Shown: positions 10,947-20,600 of the stretch, piece after piece
How the letters are laid out: each line of letters opens with the position of its first letter
Position numbering within the stretch: the first letter of the stretch is position 1
Assembly (NCBI GenBank): GCA_002412545.1
Contig: DHVG01000002.1
Location: forward strand, 130,095 to 194,094
Length of the DNA: 64,000 nt
Reading direction: 5' to 3'
Source of the DNA: Elusimicrobia bacterium UBA5214
GTDB lineage: Bacteria; Elusimicrobiota; UBA5214
Notes under the pieces: generated by a model
Told to the model about the DNA's origin: nothing
Seen by the model: the letters and a program-made list of their open reading frames with translations, nothing else
Database searches by the model: none
Made by a program: the position numbers and the translations under genes

Positions 10947-12482
10947 ATGAGCAGAAGAAACAAACGACTCATCATTGGAACAATTTTGGTAATTGTTCCT
11001 TTAGCCGTAGTGTTTCTATCTAAGTTTGTGCTTCAGGGAGCATCTTCAGTGCCTAAACTCAATGCGATTAAGGTTACTACTCCCCCTATGCTTGATGGTG
11101 ACGCCTCGGATGCAGTGTGGCAAACTGCCCCGGAATTAAAGGTAACTATAAATGGAAGCTGGGCAACAAGCCCCGTAACTGTGGCGGGGCAGGGAGGGGG
11201 AACAGCAACGGAGATAACTATCCCCTGGGTTAAACTTAAGGCACTCTATACCGATACCACCCTTTATGTCCTGGCTACCTGGCCAGATTCAGACTTAAGT
11301 ATCACCAGAGGGGGTGGATGGGATTGGACTGGAACTGCCTGGACTAAACACAGTGGTCAGGCGGAAGATAGGCTTGCCTTTTGGTGGCCAATCAATGTTC
11401 CCAAATTTGAGAGTATCGGTTGTAGAGCAAAATGTCATATGCCGGATGCTCATCCTGATTGTTATACGGCAGGATGTCATATGAAGGATAATCATCCTTC
11501 AACCACAGGATTGGAAGATGAATGTTATGTTCAAACTGGTGAAAGAGCAGATAAATGGCATATGAAAGCAGCACGTTTTCTTGGTGTAAAAAGTGCAGCA
11601 CAATCAGGAGTTGTGGTGGTAAATCCTACTACCCACGAGGTAACCGGCGGTAAAGTTACTTTAATTGGCTACTGTGATGATAAGCATACTACAGAGTATG
11701 TTGCTGACAAAGATGGCGGTAGAAGAGGAGATAGTGGTTCCGGTGCTACTACGGATAACCGAAATGCTATCAAAACCTCACCTAAGTATATGGAATCTAA
11801 TCCGGATAATTACATTGATGCGATGATTCTTACTCAAACAGAAATTAACAACGGTGAGACGATTATTGTTGATACCACCGGAGTAACCGGTGCGTATGCT
11901 GGTGATGACGCAGTTACCTCTGCTTGGAGTAAATACAGTAGTTTTAATGCCTGTGTACCGGAAAATATTCTAAAAGAGCCATCCGGTAGTCGAGGGAATA
12001 TAGAACAAGCGGCTACTTGGGAAAATGGAATCTGGACCTCTGAATTTAAAAGAGCACTGCTCACCAGTACTACTGACCAAGATGTTCAGTTTAGCGATTT
12101 AACCAAAGAATATTCTTTTGCGGTAGCGGTGATGGATAATAGTGGTGGGGAGGAACATTTTTGGCAGAAGGATTATCAGAACTTAGTTTTTGTGACACTG
12201 ACACCGGCGGCGAGGATAGTAGAAAATGTAGTTGCTTATCCCAGTCCATTTAATCCCAAGACAGGTTTACTTAAGTTCGCTAATGTACCGGCGGATGCGA
12301 CAATTGAGATATATACTTTAACCGGTGAACTGGTTTACACCTTAGAAAATCCTACGAGTTCCGCGATAGTAGAATGGGATGGTAAAAATGAAGATGGAAA
12401 AATTGTCGCTCGTGGTATTTACATCTATCGGGTTAAATCAGGTGGGGATGAAGTAAGAGGAAAATTTGCGGTAGTGAAATGA
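10947..12482 (+). CDS. ethylbenzene-dehydrogenase-related (DOMON-like heme) protein with C-terminal T9SS/FlgD-Ig-like sorting domain
   Basis: P.LDG...D.VW, KALY....LYVLA.WPD, EDR.A..W, D.WH.KA, W.NG.WT.EFKRAL; C-terminal AYPSPFNP...IYTLTGELV...WDGKN..G..VA.GIY; ATG 10947 has a purine-rich RBS. Confidence 0.75.
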   Translation: MSRRNKRLIIGTILVIVPLAVVFLSKFVLQGASSVPKLNAIKVTTPPMLDGDASDAVWQTAPELKVTINGSWATSPVTVAGQGGGTATEITIPWVKLKALYTDTTLYVLATWPDSDLSITRGGGWDWTGTAWTKHSGQAEDRLAFWWPINVPKFESIGCRAKCHMPDAHPDCYTAGCHMKDNHPSTTGLEDECYVQTGERADKWHMKAARFLGVKSAAQSGVVVVNPTTHEVTGGKVTLIGYCDDKHTTEYVADKDGGRRGDSGSGATTDNRNAIKTSPKYMESNPDNYIDAMILTQTEINNGETIIVDTTGVTGAYAGDDAVTSAWSKYSSFNACVPENILKEPSGSRGNIEQAATWENGIWTSEFKRALLTSTTDQDVQFSDLTKEYSFAVAVMDNSGGEEHFWQKDYQNLVFVTLTPAARIVENVVAYPSPFNPKTGLLKFANVPADATIEIYTLTGELVYTLENPTSSAIVEWDGKNEDGKIVARGIYIYRVKSGGDEVRGKFAVVK

Positions 12483-12519
12483 AACGAAGATTAACTCAAT
12501 GAATGGGGAGGTGGAGAAG

Positions 12520-13428
12520 ATGAATTTCTTAAAAAAATTTAGTATTTTATTTCTTACTCTGTTTTTAGTTATTCCGGATTTAGTTTTAGCCGGTGAAGCC
12601 GAGGTAGGCACAACTGCGGCTAATTTCTTAAAGATTACACCGAACACAAAAGGTAGTGCAATGGGTGAAGCGGAAGTTGCGGTCGCTGATGATGTCAACG
12701 CTATCTATGCTAACCCGGCGGGATTAAGCAAGGTCACTGCTAAAGAAGCAACTTTTACCCATTTAGTGTGGTTAGAAGAGATTAGTTACGAATCTATCGG
12801 TTACGCTCAGGTTTTGAAAAATATCGGCGTATTGGGAGTAAACCTTGCTTATCTTTACACGGATATTGATAAGTTTAGCGAAACTTACGATTATCCTTGC
12901 TACAAAAAAGAGGGAACCTATAAAGTAAGCGATATGGCGATTACTCTTGCCTATAGTCGTAAAATTTCGGAGATTATCTCTGCGGGAATAAGTATCAAAT
13001 CTATTTCTGATAACATTGATGGAGATACAGTCAGCGGAATAGCGGTAGATATCGGTGGGTTATACAATACACCGATAAAGAATTTAACTGCGGGCTTGAG
13101 TTTACGCAATCTCGGTGGTTCCTTAGGTGATGATAGTTTACCGGTTGCCTATATTCTCGGTGCAGGCTATAAACTTTATGAAGAAAGATTAACTTTGGTT
13201 TGTGATTTAGTTATCCCTGTAGATAATAAAATCGGTTTAAGTTTCGGTGCGGAGTATTGGTATGCAGGGAAACTTGCTCTTCGCTTAGGTGGAGAAATAG
13301 GGGGTGAGTTAGGCAATTTCGGTGCAGGAATAGGGTATAAGTTTAAAAATTATCAGATTGATTATGCGCTTATACCTTATGGCGGTCTTGGGCTTACTCA
13401 TCGTATTTCTTTCTCAGCAAAATTTTAA
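12520..13428 (+). CDS. PorV/PorQ-family outer-membrane protein
   Basis: A.FLKI......AMGEA..A...D..AI..NPAGL; C-terminal DYA..PYG.LG.THRISFS..F; GGAGG RBS before ATG 12520. Confidence 0.85.
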   Translation: MNFLKKFSILFLTLFLVIPDLVLAGEAEVGTTAANFLKITPNTKGSAMGEAEVAVADDVNAIYANPAGLSKVTAKEATFTHLVWLEEISYESIGYAQVLKNIGVLGVNLAYLYTDIDKFSETYDYPCYKKEGTYKVSDMAITLAYSRKISEIISAGISIKSISDNIDGDTVSGIAVDIGGLYNTPIKNLTAGLSLRNLGGSLGDDSLPVAYILGAGYKLYEERLTLVCDLVIPVDNKIGLSFGAEYWYAGKLALRLGGEIGGELGNFGAGIGYKFKNYQIDYALIPYGGLGLTHRISFSAKF

Positions 13429-13473
13429 AAACGCGGATTACGCAGATAAAAAACTGGATTACACAGAATTAGG

Positions 13474-13509
13474 AAAAGGCGACCCGATGTGATACGGGTC
13501 GCCTTTTTT
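13474..13509 (+). terminator. rho-independent terminator
   Basis: AAAAGGCGACCCG...CGGGTCGCCTTTTTT. Confidence 0.85.
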
Positions 13510-13582
13510 ATTTCCAAGAAGACAACTTATGTGACGAGTTTGCTTTTTTCCCAAAAAATTATATAATCAAATAAAATTGCAA

Positions 13583-14275
13583 ATGATTAGTGATAATCTA
13601 AAAAAAGTACAAGAAAAAATAAATTTTACTTGTCAGAAAATTGGACGTAATCCAGAGGGAATAATTTTAGTTGCGGTAACAAAAAATGTGCCGGTAGAAA
13701 AAATTAAAGAAGTAATTTTTTTAGATGTAATAAACATTGGTGAAAACCGTGTGCAGGAAGCGCTCAAGAAGTATAGCGAATTAGCCATTAGCCATCAGCC
13801 ATCAGCTATCAGCCAAGTTAAATGGCATCTGGTTGGACATTTGCAAAAGAATAAAGTAAAATATGCCTTGAAAATATTTGACCTGATTCACTCAGTTGAC
13901 GATTTTGAGTTAGCCGAAGAAATTGATAAACAGGCAAAAAAAATTGGTAAAATCCAGGATTGTCTAATTGAAATAAAAGTTTCACCGGAAGTGACTAAAT
14001 ACGGTTGTCCACCCGAACCGGAAGAAGTTAAAAAGTTAATTGAGCGAATTAGCGAATTAGCGAATATTCGTATTCGTGGTCTAATGGCAATGGCACCGTT
14101 TTTTGAAAAATCCGAAGAGACTCGTCCCTATTTCCGTCAAGCATTTGAATGCTACTCGTTACTTGCTACTCGCTACTCGCTTACTTACTTATCAATGGGT
14201 ATGTCTAATGATTTTACTATTGCTTTAGAAGAAGGTGCAAATATGTTGCGTATTGGCACAGCTATATTTAAGTAA
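13583..14275 (+). CDS. yggS: PLP homeostasis protein YggS
   Basis: LVAVTK, GENRVQEA, WHLVGHLQKNK, LSMGMSND, RIGTAIF. Confidence 0.95.
   Translation: MISDNLKKVQEKINFTCQKIGRNPEGIILVAVTKNVPVEKIKEVIFLDVINIGENRVQEALKKYSELAISHQPSAISQVKWHLVGHLQKNKVKYALKIFDLIHSVDDFELAEEIDKQAKKIGKIQDCLIEIKVSPEVTKYGCPPEPEEVKKLIERISELANIRIRGLMAMAPFFEKSEETRPYFRQAFECYSLLATRYSLTYLSMGMSNDFTIALEEGANMLRIGTAIFK
13781..13815 (+). repeat. in-frame 7-mer array (TCAGCCA x5) in yggS
   Basis: ttagcca ttagcca tcagcca tcagcta tcagcca. Confidence 0.9.
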
Positions 14276-14608
14276 TTTCACAAAAATAATTAAGCAATTT
14301 TTGTCTCGGGAACCCTCTCTTCACTTTATAATTTTTTGACCAGAGACAAGAGGTGTCAAAAACTTTTCGGTAGACCACCTGTGCCTGCGATACCTGTGCA
14401 GGCTTCACAGGTGCAGGCATGACCTATCGGGATGTCGTTCAGAGAGGAACCCCTCAACAAATTGCTTACTTAAAGAGTTGCGAACCTTTTTCAAACGACT
14501 TTGAATTTATTTCCGACTCTTCGCTTCTGGGAAATAAATTATAGAGTGAGAAAAATGGTTCGCAAGTCAGAAACGAAATTAGGATATTATTTTTGTGAAA
14601 TTACTTAA

Positions 14609-15991
14609 ATGAAAATAACTCTTATTGAACCTTCAGCACCAGATTATCATATTTTCAGTATGTTTCATTTGCCACGCTTAGGTTTACCAATTTTAGGGAC
14701 AATTCTTAAGGAGAAAGGACATAAAGTCAATATTTATGTTGAAGGTTTACATCCGATTGATTACGATGAGGTTTACCGGTCTGATTTAGTCGGTATTTCC
14801 AGTATCACTTCTACCGCGCCACGGGCATACTCAATTGCTGAACAAGTGAGAAAGAAAGGCATCCCGGTAGTAATTGGTGGCAGTCATGTAACCTTTTTAC
14901 CTGATGAGGCATTGAAATATGTTGACTATGTAGTTCGTGGTGAAGGTGAGGAGACGCTTTTAGAGTTAGTAGATAGTATTCAGGATGGCAAACACTTTGC
15001 AGATATTTTAGGTCTTTCCTACCGAAATAATGGTTCTTACTTGCATAATCCCCAGCGTCCTTTGATTCCAGATTTGGATATGTATCCTTATCCTGATTTC
15101 AGCCTTATTCAGGGGATAGAAAGGGTTTCCAGTATTCCTCTGCAAATTTCCCGCGGTTGTCCTTTTAACTGTAGTTTCTGTTCGGTAACAAAAATGTTTG
15201 GTAGAAAATATCGTTTTCGGAATATGGAGAATGTAATTGAAGAGATTATTTTCCGTCTAAAGAGTTTTAATTCACCACCTTGGTTTTTCTTCTATGATGA
15301 TAATTTTACGGCTAATCCGAACCAGACAAAAATATTCCTGGAAGAAATATTACGGAAAAAAATAAAATTTTCCTGGACTGCTCAGACCCGTTCCGATGTA
15401 GTGAGAGACCGCGAATTGATGAACTTAATGAAAAGGACAAATTGCCAGTGCCTCTATATTGGTTTTGAATCAGTTAACCCCGAAACCTTGAAACTCTATA
15501 ATAAACGGCAATTAGTTGACGAAATACGCCAAGCAATTAAAATAATTCATAATTATGGGATTAGAATCCATGGTATGTTTGTGCTCGGTTCTGATGAGGA
15601 TGATGTGAAAATTATTAAGAATACCACACGTTTTGTGAAGAAAAACAAAATTGATACGGTTCAATATTTAATTCTTACACCGATTCCGGGAACTGAAGTA
15701 TATAACCAGATGAAGAGAGAAAACCGTCTCTTAACCACGGAATGGAATCTCTACGATGGGCTCCATGTAGTTTTTCAACCAGTAAAGATGACTGCCTATC
15801 AGTTACAGAAAGAAGCAATCAAAGCGATGCGTAAGTTTTATTCCTTTTTCAAGTCTTTAACCTTTTTAATTAAGGGTAAATTTTATTTAGGAATGGTTCG
15901 TTTTAAAGGTAGTTTGATTATTCAAAAATGGCAAAAAAGAAAAAAAGAGTTTCTTGCCGGTTTAAAAAAATTACATAAAGAACACAAATAG
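14609..15991 (+). CDS. B12-binding radical SAM protein
   Basis: GGSHVTF, RGEGE, SRGCPFNCSFC, DDNF, IGFES. Confidence 0.92.
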   Translation: MKITLIEPSAPDYHIFSMFHLPRLGLPILGTILKEKGHKVNIYVEGLHPIDYDEVYRSDLVGISSITSTAPRAYSIAEQVRKKGIPVVIGGSHVTFLPDEALKYVDYVVRGEGEETLLELVDSIQDGKHFADILGLSYRNNGSYLHNPQRPLIPDLDMYPYPDFSLIQGIERVSSIPLQISRGCPFNCSFCSVTKMFGRKYRFRNMENVIEEIIFRLKSFNSPPWFFFYDDNFTANPNQTKIFLEEILRKKIKFSWTAQTRSDVVRDRELMNLMKRTNCQCLYIGFESVNPETLKLYNKRQLVDEIRQAIKIIHNYGIRIHGMFVLGSDEDDVKIIKNTTRFVKKNKIDTVQYLILTPIPGTEVYNQMKRENRLLTTEWNLYDGLHVVFQPVKMTAYQLQKEAIKAMRKFYSFFKSLTFLIKGKFYLGMVRFKGSLIIQKWQKRKKEFLAGLKKLHKEHK

Positions 15992-16001
15992 GAATTAAAG
16001 A

Positions 16002-16814
16002 ATGTTAAAACAAAAGATTGTCTTTCTTGGTGCTGGGAATATGGGGGAAGCGCTGATTAGCGGGTTAGTAAACAGCGGTTTAGCCGGTAAGGGACAGATT
16101 ATTGCTACCGATATTCGTACGGAAAGACTGGTTTATTTAAAGAAAAAATTCGGAATCCAGGTTAGTGAAAATAACAAAAAAGCAGTTCAACAAGGGGAGA
16201 TAATTGTTTTAGCCGTCAAACCACAACAGATAAAGGGGTTATTAGGTGAAATAGGTGATTGGGTGAGAAAAGAGCAGTTAGTAATTTCAATTGCGGCTGG
16301 TATTCCTACCAAATATATTGAAAAATTTTTCCAGCAGAGAGTACCGCTAATCCGAGTAATGCCAAATACACCAGCATTAGTTGGTGAAGGGGTTACTGTG
16401 CTTACACCGGGTAAATATACAAATGAAAAGCATTTAAAAATAGCGAAGAAAATTTTTTCTGCAGTTGGTTATGTATCTGTATTACCCGAAAAATTACTTA
16501 ATGCAGTTACTGCTCTTTCCGGTTCAGGTCCGGCGTATATTTTCTATCTTGCTGAAATTTTAGATGAAGCAGCAAAAAAAATGAATCTACCCGAAGAAAC
16601 TGCTTGTGAATTAGTCACCCGGACAATTCTTGGTGCAGGAAAAATGCTCAAAATTACTGGTGAATCAGGGCGAATGCTCCGACAGAAAGTTACTTCTCCT
16701 GGTGGCACTACTGAGGCAGCAACAAAGTATCTGCAAGCAAAGAAATTCAAAGAAATATTTATTCAAGCCCTCTTCAAAGCACGGAAACGTGCCCAAGAAC
16801 TTGCACCAAAATAA
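16002..16814 (+). CDS. proC: pyrroline-5-carboxylate reductase
   Basis: GAGNMG, RVMPNTP, SGSGPAY, VTSPGGTT. Confidence 0.97.
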   Translation: MLKQKIVFLGAGNMGEALISGLVNSGLAGKGQIIATDIRTERLVYLKKKFGIQVSENNKKAVQQGEIIVLAVKPQQIKGLLGEIGDWVRKEQLVISIAAGIPTKYIEKFFQQRVPLIRVMPNTPALVGEGVTVLTPGKYTNEKHLKIAKKIFSAVGYVSVLPEKLLNAVTALSGSGPAYIFYLAEILDEAAKKMNLPEETACELVTRTILGAGKMLKITGESGRMLRQKVTSPGGTTEAATKYLQAKKFKEIFIQALFKARKRAQELAPK

Positions 16815-16935
16815 ATCAAATTATTCTAATAATTCTAATTAATATATAAGTAAAACGTGTTGTTTTGAAAATAGCCAACCGTATTTTTTACCCATTGACA
16901 AAATAGAAAAATAGATTATACTTATAATTAGGAAA

Positions 16936-17066
16936 CGATAAGGGCAAACTCCTCCCCCGTTGTAACTTTGGGGGATCTCGATGGTTTACCTTCGGGAGAG
17001 AAATCGGAGGACGCAAAGCTACGGGGCTAAATCCACTGTCTGTGGATAAGTTGGCCGGGCTGCCGA
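16936..17066 (+). ncRNA. c-di-GMP-I (GEMM) riboswitch with a 45-nt insertion in P2
   Basis: GGCAAAC...GAAA...GACGCAAAGC.ACGGGGCTAA...GCCGGGCTGCCG; downstream of TTGACA/TATACT, upstream of pilT. Confidence 0.85.
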
Positions 17067-17197
17067 AAAGATTTAGGTATCATTCATTTGGCAGTGGATA
17101 TGCTCGCCGAGTTACCGAAAAAACGATAAAAAGTAAAACAAAATTTGAATAAGGTAACTCGGCTTTTATTTTGAGGGGAGAGGAGGAGTAATTAAGA

Positions 17198-18319
17198 ATG
17201 AAAATTGATGATTTATTGCGTTTGATGGTTTCAAACCGTGCTTCAGATTTGCATTTGAAAGCCGACACTCGTCCTTTATTGAGGATAGACGGAGAACTGA
17301 TTCCCGAGGATAAATTACCTGAATTTTCCAGTGCAGAAATCTGGGAACTGGTTTGCCAGATGATTGGCGAAGAGCAAAAAGATAAATTCACTCAGGAAAA
17401 AGAATTAGATTTTGCCTATAATCTATCCGGTTTAGCAAGATTTCGTGTAAACACCTATCTACAAAGAGGACAAATTGGTGTTTCAATAAGGGCGATTCCC
17501 TGGGATATTCCTACCTTAGATAAATTGGGATTTCCACCAGTGATTAAGGAGTTAGCTCTTAAACCGAGAGGTTTGGTCTTGGTCACCGGTCCGACGGGAA
17601 GCGGAAAATCAACAACTCTCGCGGCAATCATCAATTATATCAATGTTAATCGGCGTTGTCAGATAATTACTATTGAAGACCCGATTGAGTTTGTGCATAA
17701 AAATAAATTGAGTAATATTGACCAGCGCGAGTTAGGTAGTGACACTCTCTCCTTTGCTAATGCTTTGAAACATGTCCTCCGACAAGACCCGGATGTAATT
17801 TTAGTTGGTGAAATGCGCGACTTGGAAACAATCGCTTTAGCGATTACTGCTGCGGAAACCGGGCATCTAGTTTTTTCTACTTTGCATACTACGGGTGCGG
17901 CAGCAACCATTGACCGGATTATTGATGTTTTCCCACCAACTCAACAATCTCAGGTAAGGTTGCAAATTGCTACACTCTTGGAGGGGGTAATCTCTCAGAT
18001 TCTTTTACCCTGTGCGGATAGTAAAGGAAGAGTTGCTGCTTTAGAGATTATGATTTCTACTCCGGCGATTCGCAATCTTATCCGGGAGAATAAAGTTTTT
18101 CAGATTTCTTCGGTGATGCAAACCGGTGTTTCTTCAGGAATGCAGACACTTGACCTTGCTTTGAAGAAACTATGTGAAGAAAAACTGATTACTTACGAAG
18201 AAGCATTAACTAAGTGCAGCGAGCCGGAACAGTTTCAAAAAATGCACTCTGCGGGTAAATTCAGAGAGACCAAATTTAGTTCCCCAGCACCAATTTCTGG
18301 CAATGTCGTTCCTGCATAA
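17198..18319 (+). CDS. pilT: type IV pilus retraction ATPase
   Basis: ASDLHL, GPTGSGKSTT, LRQDPDVILVGEMRD, AETGHLV.STLHT, AIRNLIRE. Confidence 0.95.
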   Translation: MKIDDLLRLMVSNRASDLHLKADTRPLLRIDGELIPEDKLPEFSSAEIWELVCQMIGEEQKDKFTQEKELDFAYNLSGLARFRVNTYLQRGQIGVSIRAIPWDIPTLDKLGFPPVIKELALKPRGLVLVTGPTGSGKSTTLAAIINYINVNRRCQIITIEDPIEFVHKNKLSNIDQRELGSDTLSFANALKHVLRQDPDVILVGEMRDLETIALAITAAETGHLVFSTLHTTGAAATIDRIIDVFPPTQQSQVRLQIATLLEGVISQILLPCADSKGRVAALEIMISTPAIRNLIRENKVFQISSVMQTGVSSGMQTLDLALKKLCEEKLITYEEALTKCSEPEQFQKMHSAGKFRETKFSSPAPISGNVVPA

Positions 18320-18407
18320 TGATGGTCCAATCTTACCAATTTTCCCAAGTCGGAGATCCCGCTTTAGCGGTGATTTGTCTACAAAAAATTTTTTTTTCTT
18401 CAACCCC

Positions 18408-18436
18408 TTGACACCACCCCCCCGTCAAGATATAAT
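18408..18436 (+). promoter_or_regulatory. consensus sigma70 promoter
   Basis: TTGACA-N17-TATAAT. Confidence 0.8.
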
Positions 18437-18643
18437 ATAACCTAATCAGTAAAATTCGTTGCTTTTGGTTTGTTTTCCTTGTCTTGTTTGAAAAAGGAGA
18501 GCAAAAAAATGGCAGATGAATTTTTTACTTGATTTTTTAAACCGCTAATTTTCAGAAAAATCTGAAATAGCGGTTTTTATATTTTTACGAAAAGAAAAAC
18601 ATTCATCCGAGTATAAGTTTAACATAACTAAAAGAGGAAGGAG

Positions 18644-19282
18644 GTGAGAGAAATGGGAACAAGAGCAAATTTTCTCAAAGTTGTATTGGTGACTACCATC
18701 GGTATTGGTATTGGGTTATTCATTCCGCGTATTGCTGGAACTCATTGTGATACGCTTGATGGTCCGGTAGTAACGACCGCAAAGACGGCTTTAGAGAAGG
18801 GTGATGTAACTCCGGTTCTCAAGTGGGTGAGTAAAGAATATGAAAATGAAATTCGTGACTTGTTTAAGAAGACACTGGCGGTAAGAGGTAAAAGTCCGGA
18901 AGCAAAAGAACTTGCCGATATGTATTTCTTTGAAACATTAGTACGGCTACATCGTGCTGGTGAAGGTGCACCTTACACTGGTCTTAAACCTGCTGGTGCC
19001 GTAGAACCTCCGGTAGCGGCAGCGGATAAAGCATTGGAGATGGGTAATGTTGATGGTTTAGTAAAAAATATAACCGACCATACTGCTGCGGCGATTCGTG
19101 AACGGTTTAATCGTGTCATTGAAACAAAAAAACATATGGACGAAAGTGTTGAAGCAGGACGAGAATATGTAGAAGCATATATTGAGTTCACTCATTATGT
19201 AGAACGACTCCATCTTACTGCCCACGGTGCCCCTGGACATCACGGTGAACCGGAAGGGAAAGAACCGGAACATAAACACTAA
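18644..19282 (+). CDS. secreted DUF6448-like protein with His-rich tail
   Basis: Signal peptide, HCDTLDGPVV, FFETLVRLHRAGEGAPYTGLKPAG; tail HHGEPEGKEPEHKH; family name from memory. Confidence 0.7.
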   Translation: MREMGTRANFLKVVLVTTIGIGIGLFIPRIAGTHCDTLDGPVVTTAKTALEKGDVTPVLKWVSKEYENEIRDLFKKTLAVRGKSPEAKELADMYFFETLVRLHRAGEGAPYTGLKPAGAVEPPVAAADKALEMGNVDGLVKNITDHTAAAIRERFNRVIETKKHMDESVEAGREYVEAYIEFTHYVERLHLTAHGAPGHHGEPEGKEPEHKH

Positions 19283-19323
19283 CCGTCTATAATAAGTATA
19301 ACACTAATGGAGGTGAAGTTCAG

Positions 19324-20580
19324 ATGCGAAGGTTTAATTTATGTGCAATTTTTATTGTAATGGTTAGTTTTATCTTCGTTTCCGGCGCATCAACACAAGA
19401 ATGTGTTGATTGCCATAAAAAGGTCACCCCAAACATTGTCTCTGACTGGCAATTAAGCAAGCACGGTCAGATTGGGATTGGTTGTTCAATCTGTCACGGT
19501 AACGAACATAAATCTGCAGAAGATGTAGCGAAGGCGAAAATTCCTCTACCCGAGACCTGCGCCACCTGTCACAAAACACGTTTTGAACAGTTTAAGGGAG
19601 GGAAACATGCTTTCGCTTGGGCAGCAATGAAAGCGATGCCTACTGCTCATTGGCAACCAATGGCACTAATGGAAGGGATGAAAGGTTGTGGTGGATGTCA
19701 TAAGATTGGATTAAAAACCGAGGATGAAATTAAAGAGTTAAAAAAAACTGGTCCCGGGTTTGGTCTTGCTTCCTGTGATGCTTGTCATACTCGGCATACT
19801 TTCTCCATTGAAGAAGCTCGTCAGCCACAAGCCTGTGAAACCTGCCATATGGGTTTTGACCATCCACAATGGGAAATGTATTCCACTTCCAAACATGGTG
19901 TTCGCTACTTATTGAAACAAAATAAAGTACTTCCGGAGACAGTTGCTGCACCAACTTGTCAAACCTGTCATCTGCAGGAAGGTAATCATAAAGTCAAAAC
20001 CGCTTGGGGATTCCTTGCGGTGCGCCTGCCGATGCCTGAGGATAAAGAATGGGCTTCTGACCGTGCAACTGTTCTTCAAGGGCTTGGTGTGCTTGACCCG
20101 GAAGGTAAACCAACTGCCCGGTTGGATATTGTTAAAGCAGCCGATGTTGCCCGGTTGACTCAAGAGGATTGGCAAAAAGAACGGGATAAGATGCTGAAAA
20201 CCTGCAATCAATGTCATTCTCTCAACTTTGTGAAAGGGGAATTAGAAAAAGGTGACCGGATGATTAAAGAAGCGGACCGTTTGATGGCTGAGGCAATTCG
20301 CATCGTTGCGGATTTATACAATGATGGTATACTTGCCAAACCGAAGAATTATGCTTACACATTTCCCGACTTGCTTACCTTCCACGATGCACCGACAGTG
20401 ATTGAACAGAAACTTTTTGTGATGTATCTGGAACATCGGATGAGAACATTCCAGGGGACATTTCACGCTAATCCTGATTATGCATTATGGTATGGTTGGA
20501 GTGAAATGCAGCGTGACTTCACCGAGATTAAAACCATCGCTGAAGAACTGCGGACGAGAACAAAAGAAAAGAAAAAATGA
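19324..20580 (+). CDS. octaheme cytochrome c (HAO-like multiheme family)
   Basis: Eight CxxCH motifs (CVDCH, CSICH, CATCH, CGGCH, CDACH, CETCH, CQTCH, CNQCH); HTRHTF, CHMGFDHPQ; signal peptide. Confidence 0.88.
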   Translation: MRRFNLCAIFIVMVSFIFVSGASTQECVDCHKKVTPNIVSDWQLSKHGQIGIGCSICHGNEHKSAEDVAKAKIPLPETCATCHKTRFEQFKGGKHAFAWAAMKAMPTAHWQPMALMEGMKGCGGCHKIGLKTEDEIKELKKTGPGFGLASCDACHTRHTFSIEEARQPQACETCHMGFDHPQWEMYSTSKHGVRYLLKQNKVLPETVAAPTCQTCHLQEGNHKVKTAWGFLAVRLPMPEDKEWASDRATVLQGLGVLDPEGKPTARLDIVKAADVARLTQEDWQKERDKMLKTCNQCHSLNFVKGELEKGDRMIKEADRLMAEAIRIVADLYNDGILAKPKNYAYTFPDLLTFHDAPTVIEQKLFVMYLEHRMRTFQGTFHANPDYALWYGWSEMQRDFTEIKTIAEELRTRTKEKKK

Positions 20581-20600
20581 AACAATGAGGAGGTGGAGAA

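Noticed and set aside
14291..14468. 6S RNA
   Set aside because: Size fits, but the interior is explained by nested elements found elsewhere and the usual gene context is absent; not excluded without an Rfam scan
18500..18580. Fluoride or other known riboswitch
   Set aside because: Only AAACCGC matches; the other conserved elements are missing
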